Assembly: GCF_009914755.1 (NCBI RefSeq)
Contig: NC_060938.1
Strand: one strand, 5' to 3'
DNA length: 64,000 nucleotides
From: the human T2T-CHM13v2.0 reference genome, Homo sapiens
In this document: positions 42,681 through 54,920 of the stretch, one piece after another
Layout of the letters: every line of letters begins with the position of its first letter
How positions within the stretch are numbered: the first letter of the stretch is position 1
Made by a program: the position numbers and the translations under genes
The notes under the pieces: model-generated
What the model saw: only the letters and a program-made list of their open reading frames with translations
The model's database searches: none
What the model was told of the DNA's origin: nothing

Positions 42681-42710
42681 TTGCCACCAAGTGGTAGTTT
42701 CTGAATTGCA
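42681..42710 (-). promoter_or_regulatory. Candidate CTCF site with upstream module
   Basis: Minus strand reads TGCAATTC-AGAAACTA-CCACTTGGTGGCAA, in non-repeat DNA. Confidence 0.4.
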
Positions 42711-43049
42711 CTGCAGGAGTTTGTGGTATTTTCAAGAGTATATCTTTTATACCATATTTAGTATTTGCTAAAAATCATCAAACCCATTATGAATGTGAAA
42801 ATAATGGATAATATATGCCTTTCCCAAAGTATTCATATTTGAGAGGTGTTTATAATAAAAAGACTTGGTATTTGTGCTTCCTAATTTCTGGATTGATTCA
42901 AACTCCATCAGGTTTCACAGTGTTCAAGATAAACCCAAAATGATTAAGTGTAAATATTCTAAAAGCTTTGTTTAGGACTTTGAATTTTAAGACATGATAT
43001 CATTTGCTCTCCTTTAATCTTTGCTAAAGGTTGAATTCTGTTAACTAAA

Positions 43050-43439
43050 AAGATATCTGCAATGATGTAATTAGTTAAGATGAAGTCATATTGGAAGAGG
43101 GTGGTCTTCTTATCTAATACAATTAGAGAAGACAGGTATTTGGACACAGACTCACAGAGGGAAGATGATGTGCAGACACATAGGGAGAAGATAGCCATAT
43201 GAGGGTGGAGGCAGAGATTAGACTAATGCATATACAAGCTGACATCAAGGATTGCCAGCAAATACCAGAAGCTAGAAGCAGCAGAAAAAAGGAGATTCTT
43301 CTTTACAGGGTGCAGAGGGCCATGATGACACCTTCGTTTCAGACTTCTAGCCTCCAGACCTGTAATACAATAAATTTCTTTTGTTTTAAACCACTCAGTT
43401 TGTGGTAGCTTGTTATGACAGCGCCAGAAAACTAAAATA
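43050..43439 (+). mobile_element. MaLR LTR (MLT1C-like), 5' partial
   Basis: gatgtaattagttaagatgaagtcata, ggaggcagagatt, cagacttctagcctccaga, aataaatttcttttgttttaaaccactcagtttgtggta. Confidence 0.88.
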
Positions 43440-43579
43440 ATTTTCCTTTCAAACTTAAAGTGTTTCTGCTAGATCACTAGTTAGACACTGATGTTGAGAA
43501 GACTAAGATTTATGGAACATTTAGACCTATTTGGGCTCCCCCAAAGAGAACCGCCTTTACTAAATTGTTAGTTTATTCC

Positions 43580-44136
43580 CTGTTACCTGAAGACAAAAAT
43601 CAACATAGATTCAGAATGTAAATGTCAGGATGGAGCTGAAAGTAAACAAATAAGAATAATAACAGTAAAACAATTGGAGGGACCATCTGTGTTAGCTACT
43701 TGGCTTTATCCAAAGGAAAAAATAAAATTTTTCTGTTTTTATTACAAGAGGTAGTTTCGCAATTTATGGCAAGTGGCCACCGCTCAAAGTTAGGCTCCTA
43801 TACTCACACAGAGACTGAGAGGCGGGTATTACCTTCCTCAATGGTTACATTCCAAATATATGTTTCCTAGGTCCCAAACAAAGACAGTCTTGAGTTTATA
43901 AGCTAGTAAGCCTTTTAAAATTATTTACATCTTAAAGTCAGAGAAAGAATTTGCAATTGCAAGCTTATTAACATGAATGCTCTGAGAAAAGGGAGGGGTG
44001 AGTCCTCTGGGGTTAGGCTATCTGAATTCTGTAAGGGCTAGGGTGAATGGAAGATCAGGGGCCTATGGGCAGGGGCAGAAAGAAGCCTCTCTAAAGGTTA
44101 GTCAAGCTGAGGGAAAGGTTACGGCCCTCTTGGTCA
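43580..44136 (-). mobile_element. ERV1 LTR, MER67-like
   Basis: gaccatctgtgttagcta..ggctttatccaaaggaaaaa, aagttaggctccta, agagaaagaatttgcaattgcaag, tagtcaagctgaggga..cttggtca. Confidence 0.7.
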
Positions 44137-46269
44137 GCCTTTCCCATTAGTTATTTTCAAACCTGATAGAAGGCCTTGGGTAGCATTCTCAAGATCTTCT
44201 CCCTCAGTCCAACCTAAAGCCTGTTCTTTTAATCTCCTGAATGGTTGCACTTCAAACTATCCTAGGATTCTCTATCATATGTAAAACTCTTATGCTCTGG
44301 CATGGACAACAGCCTCTTCATTCATCCTTCTCATCACTGTAAACATTTTAGAATTTAAGCCTGATTTTGTGATTCCGCTGCTTAGTCTTTCACTAATGCA
44401 TCATTGTCAAAGGTCAAAAAAAAAAAAAAAATCAACCTTTGAGAAACTTCACTAACTTGGCTAATTGGAAAAGTTTTCCCCACTTCTTGCAAGACGAACG
44501 CCATCACCTGTGCAAGAAGAAAACAATTAGGTAGAGACTGACCTGAGAGAATATCACATCTTTTTAATCAAAGCTCAGCTGATAACTAGCTTTGTGACAT
44601 TGAGCAAGTCACAGAATCTATGGTAAAACAACTAATCAATTAAAATTAAATTAGAGAAGATATCTCCTATTTTCCAGTCCATAGCTTATTTTGGCAAACG
44701 GGGCTTGGAAGCACAAATGTTTTCTTCTTTGGTCTTTTGTTTTTGATTAAATTTATCTCCTGCAGGTAGAGGATGTTACAGCACAAGGGAGATTTTTATA
44801 TAATAATTTCAGGGACTTTATTTCCTTTTTTAAAAAGATTTTTGGGGAAAAAATAAAAGATTCACAAGGTTTTTCCCTTAGGTAGCTTTTCTTGGGTTCT
44901 AATTACCTATGCCATTAAAGGTGTTATTTTTATTATTGCCTGTGGGTATTTGTTTGAGAAATTTGATAATAAAATAGAGAAAACAGTAAAGTTTACAACC
45001 TTCACTTGTTAATACATTGACCCCGAAAGAACTCTTAGCTCTCTTGGGTAAATTTATTTTAAACTTGTTAATATCGACTTAATATAGCATTTCTCCAGAA
45101 ATTATTTTAAAATATGTTGGCATAAGTATTTGTCCTTAAGAAGAGTATGTAACGAAGGCAAAATAGTCCTAAAAACTAACTCTGCAGCATATTACTTAGT
45201 AAAAAAACATCAAAATTATACATCTATTAGGAGCTCAATTTTATAATCCAATTAAAATAAAATGAAATTTGAAATTTAGAATGCATAAGGACCCTATATG
45301 TGTCCCATATTGTGATCGCATAGAACCCTGTCAAAACATTTTTAAATCATTACCAATTATAAATTACAGATGTCTCAGCAATTGTTTAACAAGGAAAATA
45401 GCAATTATTTCAATCCTCATATAATGATAGTCTTAAACAGCATTTCCAGGTGCTATTAAGGTCTCTGATATTACAGTAATTTTGAATCCAATATTAAAGA
45501 AGTCATTGTGACTTTACAATAACCAAGGGTTTTTTTTTAACTTTCTCAGGACAATTTTAATTTCTTTAATTTCTTTAGTATAGTTTGACTCTAACTTCAG
45601 GTTAGAAATGTTTATGAAAAGTATTTTTCATTAAATATAGTTTCTTGTAGGTGTTTTATAAAGATTTAATAGTAAAAATTTTATGGCAGCATCTAAATGT
45701 AACTAACTACATTAATTATATCCTGATATATCATATGACAATATCCTCTAGGAATAACTACTAATAAAGGCTGCATTTTATATGTAGACAGCATATTATA
45801 CAAAATATACTCATTTTTCTATTTTAATATATGACAGATTTTATTCTATTAGTAGAACAGAAGTGAAAATTATGCTAGACAATTACAAAGGAATTGAGGA
45901 AAATTGAGGAAATTTCCTCAAATTTCCTTGTGGAAGATTACGTCGAAAATTAGGGTAACCTTTTTCTCATATTTTACCAAGCAATTATTTGATATAAACA
46001 TCAATTTCCTAAACAAATTTAAGGTGAAAAAAATAGCATTTAAAGGTAAACTATAACAAAAACTATGTAAAGTTAGTATATGAATTATATGTTGTAAAGT
46101 CTTACTGATTTGTGACAAGTAGACTGGGGATTTGGCTTTGAATATCCAAGCAGCAATGAAAAGATTGGAACATAATCAATGGTAAACAACCCATTTCTCA
46201 GAGGAAGCAACACTGTTGCTAGAACAGACACCATTTAAACTCTCATGGTAATTCTATGGAATAATTGCT

Positions 46270-46410
46270 GATAATGTCTCCTTTTAAAAGATAAGGGAAC
46301 TACAAATCAAAAAGATTAGGTAATTTTCCCAGGGTCCCACAGTTGGTAAATGGTAAAACCAGAATAATAAACTTAGAAGTTCCTATTTGTTTTTATCACT
46401 GTGTGGTACT
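46270..46410 (-). mobile_element. MIR core
   Basis: ttttaaaagataagggaact..ttaggtaattttcccagggtcccacagttggtaaatggtaaaaccag. Confidence 0.65.
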
Positions 46411-47496
46411 GGCATTAAAACATCACTACTTCCTGACTTATGATGGCATAAAGCTAAAGCACTGTTACTGAATGGGAGAAACACCGTTTATCGGGAGCAA
46501 GTATAATTAGACATATAATTAATTAAACATTTTATTAAATACTTATCTTTATCAACCTCTGAATTGGTCCTGTAAAAACAGTGAGGAACAAGCTATTTTG
46601 GGGTTTGGAGAAGTTGTTGGGGAGTACCTATCAGTACATACAATGTCTCTGCAAGAATTTTTCAAGTGAGTTACAAAATAGCACTCTTTATCAGTGTAAA
46701 TTAACTGAAAGGGCAAATGATTTGGTAAAGAGTAGAACATAGACCCTACCAGTTCATTCTCTCTTATATGGGCACTTTGCAGTACACGAAGTGCAAAATC
46801 CTTCTCAATAGTCCTGAGATAGACATAATCATTGCTCACACAGAGTTCAAAGGCTGAGAGGAAAAAGAATGCATCTAAATGGAGATTTTAGAAAAAGAAA
46901 ATAATTCACCATGGGAATGTGAAGATAGATGAAGTGAGGAGGGGAACAAAACAGGTAATTGATATGACATTATTTTAAAGAAAATAGAAATGCCGTGAAA
47001 TATTGGCTTCTACATTCTAGTACTTAGTATGACAAGGATTGCCATCCAAAGCAAAATATTATATTGTCCATGAAACATTAGTGAGGCAATAAGCAAAAAA
47101 CAAAACAAAAACAAACCATAAAGAAGCTGAGAAGTATATCATATTCTCATTATACTAATAAAACACATATAAGCACATTCAACATGGTAATTTAAAAAGT
47201 TGAAACAGCTGAAATAAGTAAGTGCTGAATAAAATTCAGTGTACATTATAGTATCACAAGAGTTGATTCCCTTTGTGGGAATTATTAATGCATGTTGAGG
47301 TAAGAAGCCAGATAATAATTTGATGTCTTCATTTTCTCTCATGGAAAGGTATGTCCCCCAAATAAGGAGATTTCTCTGGGTGCCATCATGAGAGAGATTT
47401 GGACTCTTTGAACAGTATGAGGCCCTTAGAGGACAGTAGGTATGGCTAATTAATTCCTCAAAACAAATGTGCAAAGCTATTTTATCTAACCATAGA

Positions 47497-48451
47497 TAGT
47501 CTTGCTGTCCTTTGGTTTCCATTTGCATGGGATATCTTTTTCCATGACTTTATTTTCAGTCTATGTGTATCTTTGTAGGTGAAGTGCGTTACTTGCAGGC
47601 AGCATAGAATTAGGTTTTGTTTTTCTTTTTGTCTTTTTATCCATTCAGCTACTCTTGTCTTTTAATTGGAGAATGTAGTCCATTTACATTCACTGTTATT
47701 ATTGATAGATAGGACTTACTACTGCCAATTTGTTATTCGTTTTCTGGTTGTTTGGTTGGTCCTCTCATCTTTTCTTCCTTCCTGTCTTCCTTTGTGTAAA
47801 AGTGATTTGCTCTGGTAGTGTGTTTTAATATCTTGCTTTTTATTTTTTTCTGTGTCTAGTATAGGTCTTTGTTTTGTGGTTACCATGAGACTTGGAAATA
47901 ATGTCTTATAACTACTCATATGGCAAGGGATTAATAATCAGAATATATAAGGAGTTCAAACAATTCAGTAGCAAAAAACAAACAACTAATTTGATTAAAA
48001 AGTGTGCAATATATCTGAACAGATATTTCTCAATAAAAATTTTAAATGGCCCACAGATATATGCTCAATTTCACTAATCATCAGAGAAATGCAAATCAAA
48101 ACGACGAGATATCATCATATCTCAATTAAAATGGCTTTTATTAAAAAAACAGGAAATAATGGATACTGGGGAGGATATGGAGAAAGAGGAGCCCTCTTAC
48201 ACTGTTGCAAATGTAAATTAGTACAGCCACTATGGGAAGTAGTATGGAGCTTTTTCTGAAAACTAAACATAGAACTACTCTTTGACCTAGTAATCCCGCT
48301 ACTGGGTATATATCCAAAAGAAAGGAAATCAGTATATTCATGAGACATTGGCACTTCCATGTTTACTGTAGCACTATTCACAACAGCTAAAATATGGAAT
48401 TAATCTCAGTGTCCGCCAATGAATGAATGGATAAAGATAATGTGGCACATG
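47497..48451 (+). mobile_element. L1MA-type element: ORF1-end/ORF2-start on minus (47497-47910) joined to ORF2 C-terminus on plus (47911-48451)
   Basis: Minus part: tttggtttccatttgcatgg, ccattcagctactct..ccatttacattca. Plus part: GKGLIIRIYKEFKQ, LIIREMQIKTTRYH, aaggaaatcagtatat. Confidence 0.85.
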
Positions 48452-48996
48452 TGATATAGGAAGTAGAAAGAAATTTTTTAGGTGGATAGTGAGGGTAAAA
48501 GAGTCCTCAGCAGAGCTTCCCTTTTAACAGAAAGCAGCCCCAGAAATTATCTTTTCCTAAAAAAGACTAGCCTGAAAAATTGAGCTGTAAATATAATTAA
48601 ACAATCTGGAAGCTTGCACAGGGGAACACCAGCAACTGTGCCAACAGAAAAGGGATATCTGGGGAGCCATACATATCCAACATGGAGGCTCCAACTTCCT
48701 TTTTTTGTTGTTGTTACCACTTGTACAGTAAAGGAATAGGCAACATGGCACAGGGCAGGCAGACAACCTACCTACATAATAAGAGATTAGGGTGGGGACT
48801 ACCAGAAATTTGTGCCCTAGCCAAATGGCACACCTAGTCCTAACCAGTTTTCATGGCCTATGCAAATGACACACCTGGTACAACCAGTCTTCCATGCCCT
48901 ATGTAAATCAGACACCACCTCCTCAACAGGCATCTATAAAACCCCTTGCATTTCACTGTGGATGTGGCAACCCATTTCTCTGGGACTCCTCTATGC
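48452..48996 (+). mobile_element. ERV1 LTR MER50, 3'-truncated
   Basis: tgatataggaagtagaaagaaatttttta..gatagtgagggtaaaagagtcctc start and TATAAA at 48935. No AATAAA, U5 or CA terminus. Confidence 0.85.
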
Positions 48997-49235
48997 ATTT
49001 GACCTACACCTCTACATTTCCTCCCCCTCATGCCATGGTAACCACTGTTTCATTCTCTACCTCTACGTACTTGAGCTATTTTTTAAAAAAATAGTTCACG
49101 TATTAATTGAGATCATGAAACATTTATCTTTCTATGTCTGGCTTACTTCACTTAGCATAATATTCTCCAGGTCCAACCACGTTGTGGCAAATGGCAGATT
49201 TTTTTAACCTAAATAATATTCCATTATGTATAATT
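48997..49235 (-). mobile_element. L1MA9/10-like 3' fragment
   Basis: ggtaaccactgtttcattctc, tgtctggcttacttcacttagcataat, gttgtggcaaatggcag. Confidence 0.8.
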
Positions 49236-51244
49236 TATATTTTATAGTCTTACTAATTATGTAGAAGTAATTCAGATTACTTATAAATAAAATAAGAGGA
49301 CCATGGCAAACGGGAGGCAGGACAAGATTGCAGCTTCAACTCGGACAGACAGAATAGTGTGTGGAGACCCACATCATGAATTTTAGCTCCAGAATGACTG
49401 CAGGAATAAATCAGAAAACCCAAGAGGACCCACAGACCCTCTGAAGGAAGTGGATTGCTCCTGCAGGACATGGGACACACCCCAAATACTGTGAGTGTCC
49501 AAACTGTGGAAGTGGGAAGGGAGATCCTCCACCCCGGAACACACACCCCCACTGGGGAAACTGAAGGTCTAGTTTATGGGAGAAGATTCTAACCTTACCT
49601 GTAGCTGAGTCAATTTAGAGAGCTGAGCAAAATACAGGAGTAGAGGAAGCAGCGGAAAAGGTCTTATGAACTCGCTGGGTCCCCAAGCAGGCCATTCCTG
49701 CCTGGCACCAGAGGAATCCTTCAGGAGGGCAGCCAGAGAGGCAGGAAAAATGCCACAGGAAGACGGAAGTCTCCAGCTGAACTTTATAACAATTTGAACA
49801 GGGTGAGAAGCCTCCTGGCCAGAACTCGGGGGAGGGTGTGAATCCTGTGTGCAGACTCCAAAGGCAGGGAAAGAACGAAAACCCTACTTTCTTTTGTAGC
49901 TGGAAGGTGGGTAGCCTGGGGCAAGTTCTCAACCCTGCTTTCCCACTGCCTGGAAACAGACTCAATGCTGTTGGGGGGCACAGTGGGAGGAGATTGGCCC
50001 TTTGGATTGTGTGGGAGCTGGGTGAGGTCTGTGACTGCCACCTTTCCCCTACTTCACTGACAACCTGCATGACTCAGTAGAGGCAGCCATAATCCTTCAA
50101 GGTACATAACTCCATTGACCTGGGAACTTCACCCCCATCCCCCACAGCAGCCACAGCAAGACCCGCCCAAGGAGAGGCTGAGCTCAGACATACCTAGCCC
50201 TGCCCCCCAACCTGATAGGCCTTTCCTACCTCCCCTGGTAACTGAACACACAGGGCGTATACTCTTGGGAGTTCTAGGGCCCTGCCCACCACCAGTTCCT
50301 CTCCATACTACCACAGCTGATGCTCTCTGGAAAGCACCACATCCTGGCAGGATGCCAACCAGAACAAAAATAGAGCACTAAACCACCAAAGCTAAGAACT
50401 CTCACAGAGTCCAGGTCACTCCCCTGTCACCTCCATCAGAACAAGTGCTGGTAACCACATCTGAGAGACCCATATATGGTTCATATTACAGGACTCTGCA
50501 GAAAACCCCCATTACCAGCCTTCAGTCTGGTAGACTTTCTGGGTGGCTAGATCCAGAACACAGATAACAAATCATTACAGTTCAGCCCTCAGGAAGCCAC
50601 ATCTATAGGAAAATGGGGAAAGTATTACATCAAGGGAACACCCCATAAGACAAAACAATGAGAACAACAATCTTCAGCCCTGGACCTTCTCTCTGGCAGA
50701 GCCTATACAAATGAGAAGAAACCAAAAAACCAACTCTGGTAATATAACAAAATAAGGCTCTATAACACTCCCAAAAAATCACACTAGCTCACTATCAATG
50801 GATCTAAACGAAGAAGAAATACCTGCTTTGCCTGAAAATGAATACAGGAAGTTAGTTATTAAGCTAATCAGGGAGGCACCAGAAAAAGGCAAACTCCAAT
50901 GCAAGGAAATCCAAAAAATGATACAATAAGTGAAGGGAGAAATATTCAATTACATAGATAGCATAAATATAAAACAATTGAAACTTCAAGAAACATCAGA
51001 CACACTTATAGCAATGCAAAATGCTCTGGAAAGTCTCAGCAATAGAAATCGAACAAGTAGAAGAAACAAATTCACAGCTTGAAGACAAGATCATTTAATT
51101 AACCCAATCCAACAAAGACAAAGAAAAAAAGTAAGAAAATATAAACAAAGCCTCCAAGAAGTCTGGGATTATGTTAAATGACCAAGCCTAAGAATAATTT
51201 GTATTCCTGAGGAAGAAAGAAATCCAAAAATTTGGGAAACATAT

Positions 51245-51930
51245 TGTGTCCAGAATTTATTCCTTCCGGTGGGTTCGTGGTCTCGCTGACTTCAAGAGTG
51301 AAGCCGCAGACCTTCACAGTGAGTGTTACAGCTCTTAAAGGTGGTGTGTCTGGAGTTGTTTGTTTCTCCCAGTGCATTCATGGTCTCGCTGACTTCAGGA
51401 ATGAAGCCACAGACCCTCGTGTTGAGTGTTGCAGCTCATAAAGTTAGTGGAGACCCAAAGAGTGAGCAGCAGCAAGATTTATTGTAAAGAGCGAAAGAAC
51501 AAAGCTTCCACAGCATGGAAGGGGACCTGAGTGGGTTGCCACTACTGGCTGGGGTGGCCAGCTTTTATTCCCTTATTTGTCCCCACCCACGTCCTGCTGA
51601 TTGGTCCATTTTACAGAGTACTGATTGGTCCATTTTACAGAGTGCTTATTGGTCCATTTTACAGAGTGCTGATTGGTGCGTTTACAATCCTTTAGCTAGA
51701 CACAGAGTGCTGATTGGTGCGTTTTTACAGAGTGCTGTTTGGTGCGTTTACAATCCTTTAGCTAAACACAGAGAGCTGATTAGTGCATTTTTACAGAGTG
51801 CTGATTGATGCATTTACAATCCTTTAGCTAGACACAGAGTGCTGATTGGTATGTTTACAGTCCTCTAGCTAGACAGAAAAGTTCTCCAAGTCCCCACCTG
51901 ACCCAGAAGCCCAGCTGGCTTCACCTCTCA
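51245..51930 (-). mobile_element. ERV9 solo LTR12 inserted in L1PB ORF1
   Basis: TG..CA termini and perfect TSD atat (51241-51244, 51931-51934). Tandem gctgattggt repeats and ggtctcgctgacttca U5 repeats. Confidence 0.95.
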
Positions 51931-52699
51931 ATATTTGGGTGAAGAATCAAGAAAAGCTTCCCTTATACCCAGCCTTGCTAGAGACCTAAACATCAAAATG
52001 TAAGAAGCACAAAGAAAACATGGGAAATTAATCACAAAAAGATCATTGCTTAGGCACATTGTCATCAGGTTATCTAAAGTTAAGATGAAGGAAAGAATCT
52101 TAAGAGCTGTGAGACAAAATCACCAGGTAACCTATAAAGGAAAATCTATCTGATTAAGAGCAGATTTCTCAGCAGAAACCCTACAAACTAGAAGGGACTG
52201 GGATCCAATCTTCAGTCTCTTCAAACACAATTAGCAGCCAAGAATTTTGCATCCAGTGAAACTGAGCATCATATATTAAGGAAAGATACAGTCTTTTTCG
52301 GTCAAACAAATGCTGGAGAATTTGCCACTACCAAGCCACCACTACAAGAACTGCTAAAAAGAGCTCTAAATCTTGAAACAAACCCTGGAAACACATCGAA
52401 ACAGAACCTTTTTAAAGCAAAAATCTCACAGACCTATAAAACAAAAATACAATTAAAAAAATAACCAAGGTGCACAGGCAACAAATAGCATGATGAATGC
52501 AATGGCACCTCACATCTCAATACTAGCATTGAATGTAAATAGCCTAAATACTCCACTTAAAATATACAGAACTGCAGAATGGATAATAATTCACTAACCA
52601 ACCATCTGCTGCCTTCAAGAGACTCACTTAACACATAAGAACTCATAAAATGAAAGTAAAGCGGCGGAAAAAGTCATTTCATGCAAATGGACACCAAAA

Positions 52700-53272
52700 G
52701 TGAGCAGTAGTAGCATTCTTGTATCAGACAAAAGAAACTTTAAAGCAACAGCAGTTCAAAAAGACAAAGAGGGACATAATATAATGGCAAAAGGCCTTGT
52801 CCAACAGGAAAATGTCACAGTCCTAAACGTATATGCACCTAACCCTGGATCTCCCAAATTTCTAAAACAATTACTAATAGACCTAAGAAATGGGATAGAC
52901 ACCAACATAATAACAGTAGGGGACATCAATACTCCACTGACAGCACTAGACAGGTCATCAAAACAGAAAGTCAACAAAGAAACAATGAATTTAAACTATG
53001 CCTTGGAAAAAATGGGCTTAACAGATATATACAGAACAATCATTCCAACAAACACAGAATCCACATTCTATTCAACAGTTCATGGAACTTTCTTCAAGAT
53101 AGACTATATGATAGGCCACAAAATGAGATTCAATAAATTTAAGGAAATTGAAATTACATCAAGCACTCTTTCAAACCACAGTGGAATAAAATTGGAAGTC
53201 AACTCTAGCAGGAAGCTTCAAAACCATGCAAATACATGGAAATTAAATAACCTGCTTCTGAATGATCATTGA
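52700..53272 (+). pseudogene. L1 ORF2 endonuclease-domain remnant (190 aa open frame)
   Basis: VLNVYAPN, ITVGDINTPL, LTDIYR, TFFKIDYMIG, LSNHSGIKL. Confidence 0.9.
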
Positions 53273-54920
53273 GTCAAAAATGAAATCAAGATGAAAATTT
53301 AAAAATTCTTCAAACTGAATGACAACAGTGTCACAACCCATCAAAACCTCTAGGATACAGCAAATGTAGTTCTAAGAGGAAAGTTCAAAGCTCTAAATGC
53401 CTATATCAAAATGACTGAAAGAGCACAAACTGACAATCTAAGGTCACACCTCAAGGAACTAGAGAAACAAGAACAAACCAAACCCAAACCCAGCAGAAGA
53501 AAGGAAATAACCAAGATCAAAGCAGAACTAAATGAAATTGAAACTAACAAACAAAAACAATACAAAAGATAAATTAAACAGCTGGTTCTTTAAAAAGATA
53601 AATAAAATTGATAGACCATTAGCAAGATTAACCAAGAAAAGAAGAGAGAAAATCCAAATAAGCTCAATAAGACATGAAACAGGAGATATTACAACTGACA
53701 CCACAGAAATACAAAAGATTATTAATGCTACTATGAACACCTTTGCATGCATAAACTAGAAAACCTGGAAGAGATGAATAAATTCCTGGATACAACCCTC
53801 CTAGCTTAAACCAGGGAGAATTAAATGCCCTGAACCGACCAATAACAGGCAGCAAGATTGAAATGGTAATTTAAAAATTAGCAACTAAAAACAGTCCAGG
53901 ACCAGATGTATTCACAGCAAAATTCTACCAGACATTCAAAGAATTGGTATGAATCCTATTGACACTATTCCACAGGATAAAGAGGAAACCCTCCCTAATT
54001 CATTCTATGAAGCCAGCATCACCCTAATACCAAAACCAGGAAATGACATAATCAAAAAAGAAAACCACAGACCGATATCCCTGATGAATATAGATGCTAA
54101 AATCCTTAACAAAATACTAGCTAACTGAATCCAACAACATACCAAAAAGATAATCTACCATGATCAAGTGGGTTTCATGCCAGGGATGCAGGGATGGTTT
54201 AACATACATTAAGTCAATAAATGTGATACACAACATAAACAGAACTAAAAACAAAAATCATATGATCATCTCAATAGATGTAGAAAATGCATTCAACTAA
54301 ATTCAAATCCCTTTATGATTAAAACTCTCAGCAAAGTCGGCATACAAGGGACATACCTCAATGTAATAAAAGCCATCTATAACAAACTCACAGCCAACAT
54401 AATATTGATTGGGGAAAAGTTGAAAGCATTCTCTCTGAGAACTGGAACAAGACAAGGATGCCCACTCTCACCACTCCTCTTCATCATAGTAGCGAAAGTC
54501 CTAGCCAGAGCAATCAGACAAGAGAAAGAAATAAAGGGCGTCCAAATCAGCAAAGAAGTCAAACTGTCACTGTTTGTTGATGATATGATTATTTACCTCA
54601 AAATCCAAAGACTCCTCCAGAACGCTCCTAGAACTGATAGAAGAATTCAGCAAATTTTCCAGATACAAAATTAATGTATGCAAATTAGTAGATCTTCTGT
54701 ACACCAACAGCGATCAAGTGGAGAATCAAATCAAGAACTCAACTGCTTTTACGATACCTGTAAAAAAATAAAATATTTAGGAATCTACCTAACCAAGGAG
54801 GTGAAAGACCTCTACAAGGAAAACTACAAAACACTGCAGAAAGAAATCATAGATGACACAAAGTAATGGAAACACAACCCATGCTCATTGATGAGTAGAA
54901 TCAATATTGTGAAAATGACT

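Larger units (their letters stand above)
49296..54920 (+). mobile_element. L1PB (L1PBa-type 5'UTR, ORF1, ORF2 through RT), 3' end missing
   Basis: 5' end catggcaaacgggaggcaggacaagattgcagct. ORF1 start atgagaagaaaccaaaaaaccaactctgg at about 50711. EN peptide 52700-53272 and RT peptide [26 protein letters not shown]. Confidence 0.93.

Noticed and set aside
44721-44770. Polypyrimidine tract followed by CAG|GT (acceptor or recursive-splice-like)
   Set aside because: Isolated motif with no partner exon or evidence of a plus-strand host transcript.
46552-47528. 95-aa and 129-aa minus-strand ORFs
   Set aside because: No recognisable homology. The longer one starts inside an L1 fragment, and there is no splice or codon evidence.
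48997-49235. Minus L1 fragment as the inverted continuation of the L1 ending at 48451
   Set aside because: The breakpoints coincide in L1 coordinates, but diagnostic bases look like a different, older subfamily and no inverted MER50 3' end follows.
51595-51875. Regular repeat array suggesting a CRISPR-like structure
   Set aside because: These are LTR12 U3 CCAAT tandem repeats with no unique spacers, in eukaryotic DNA.
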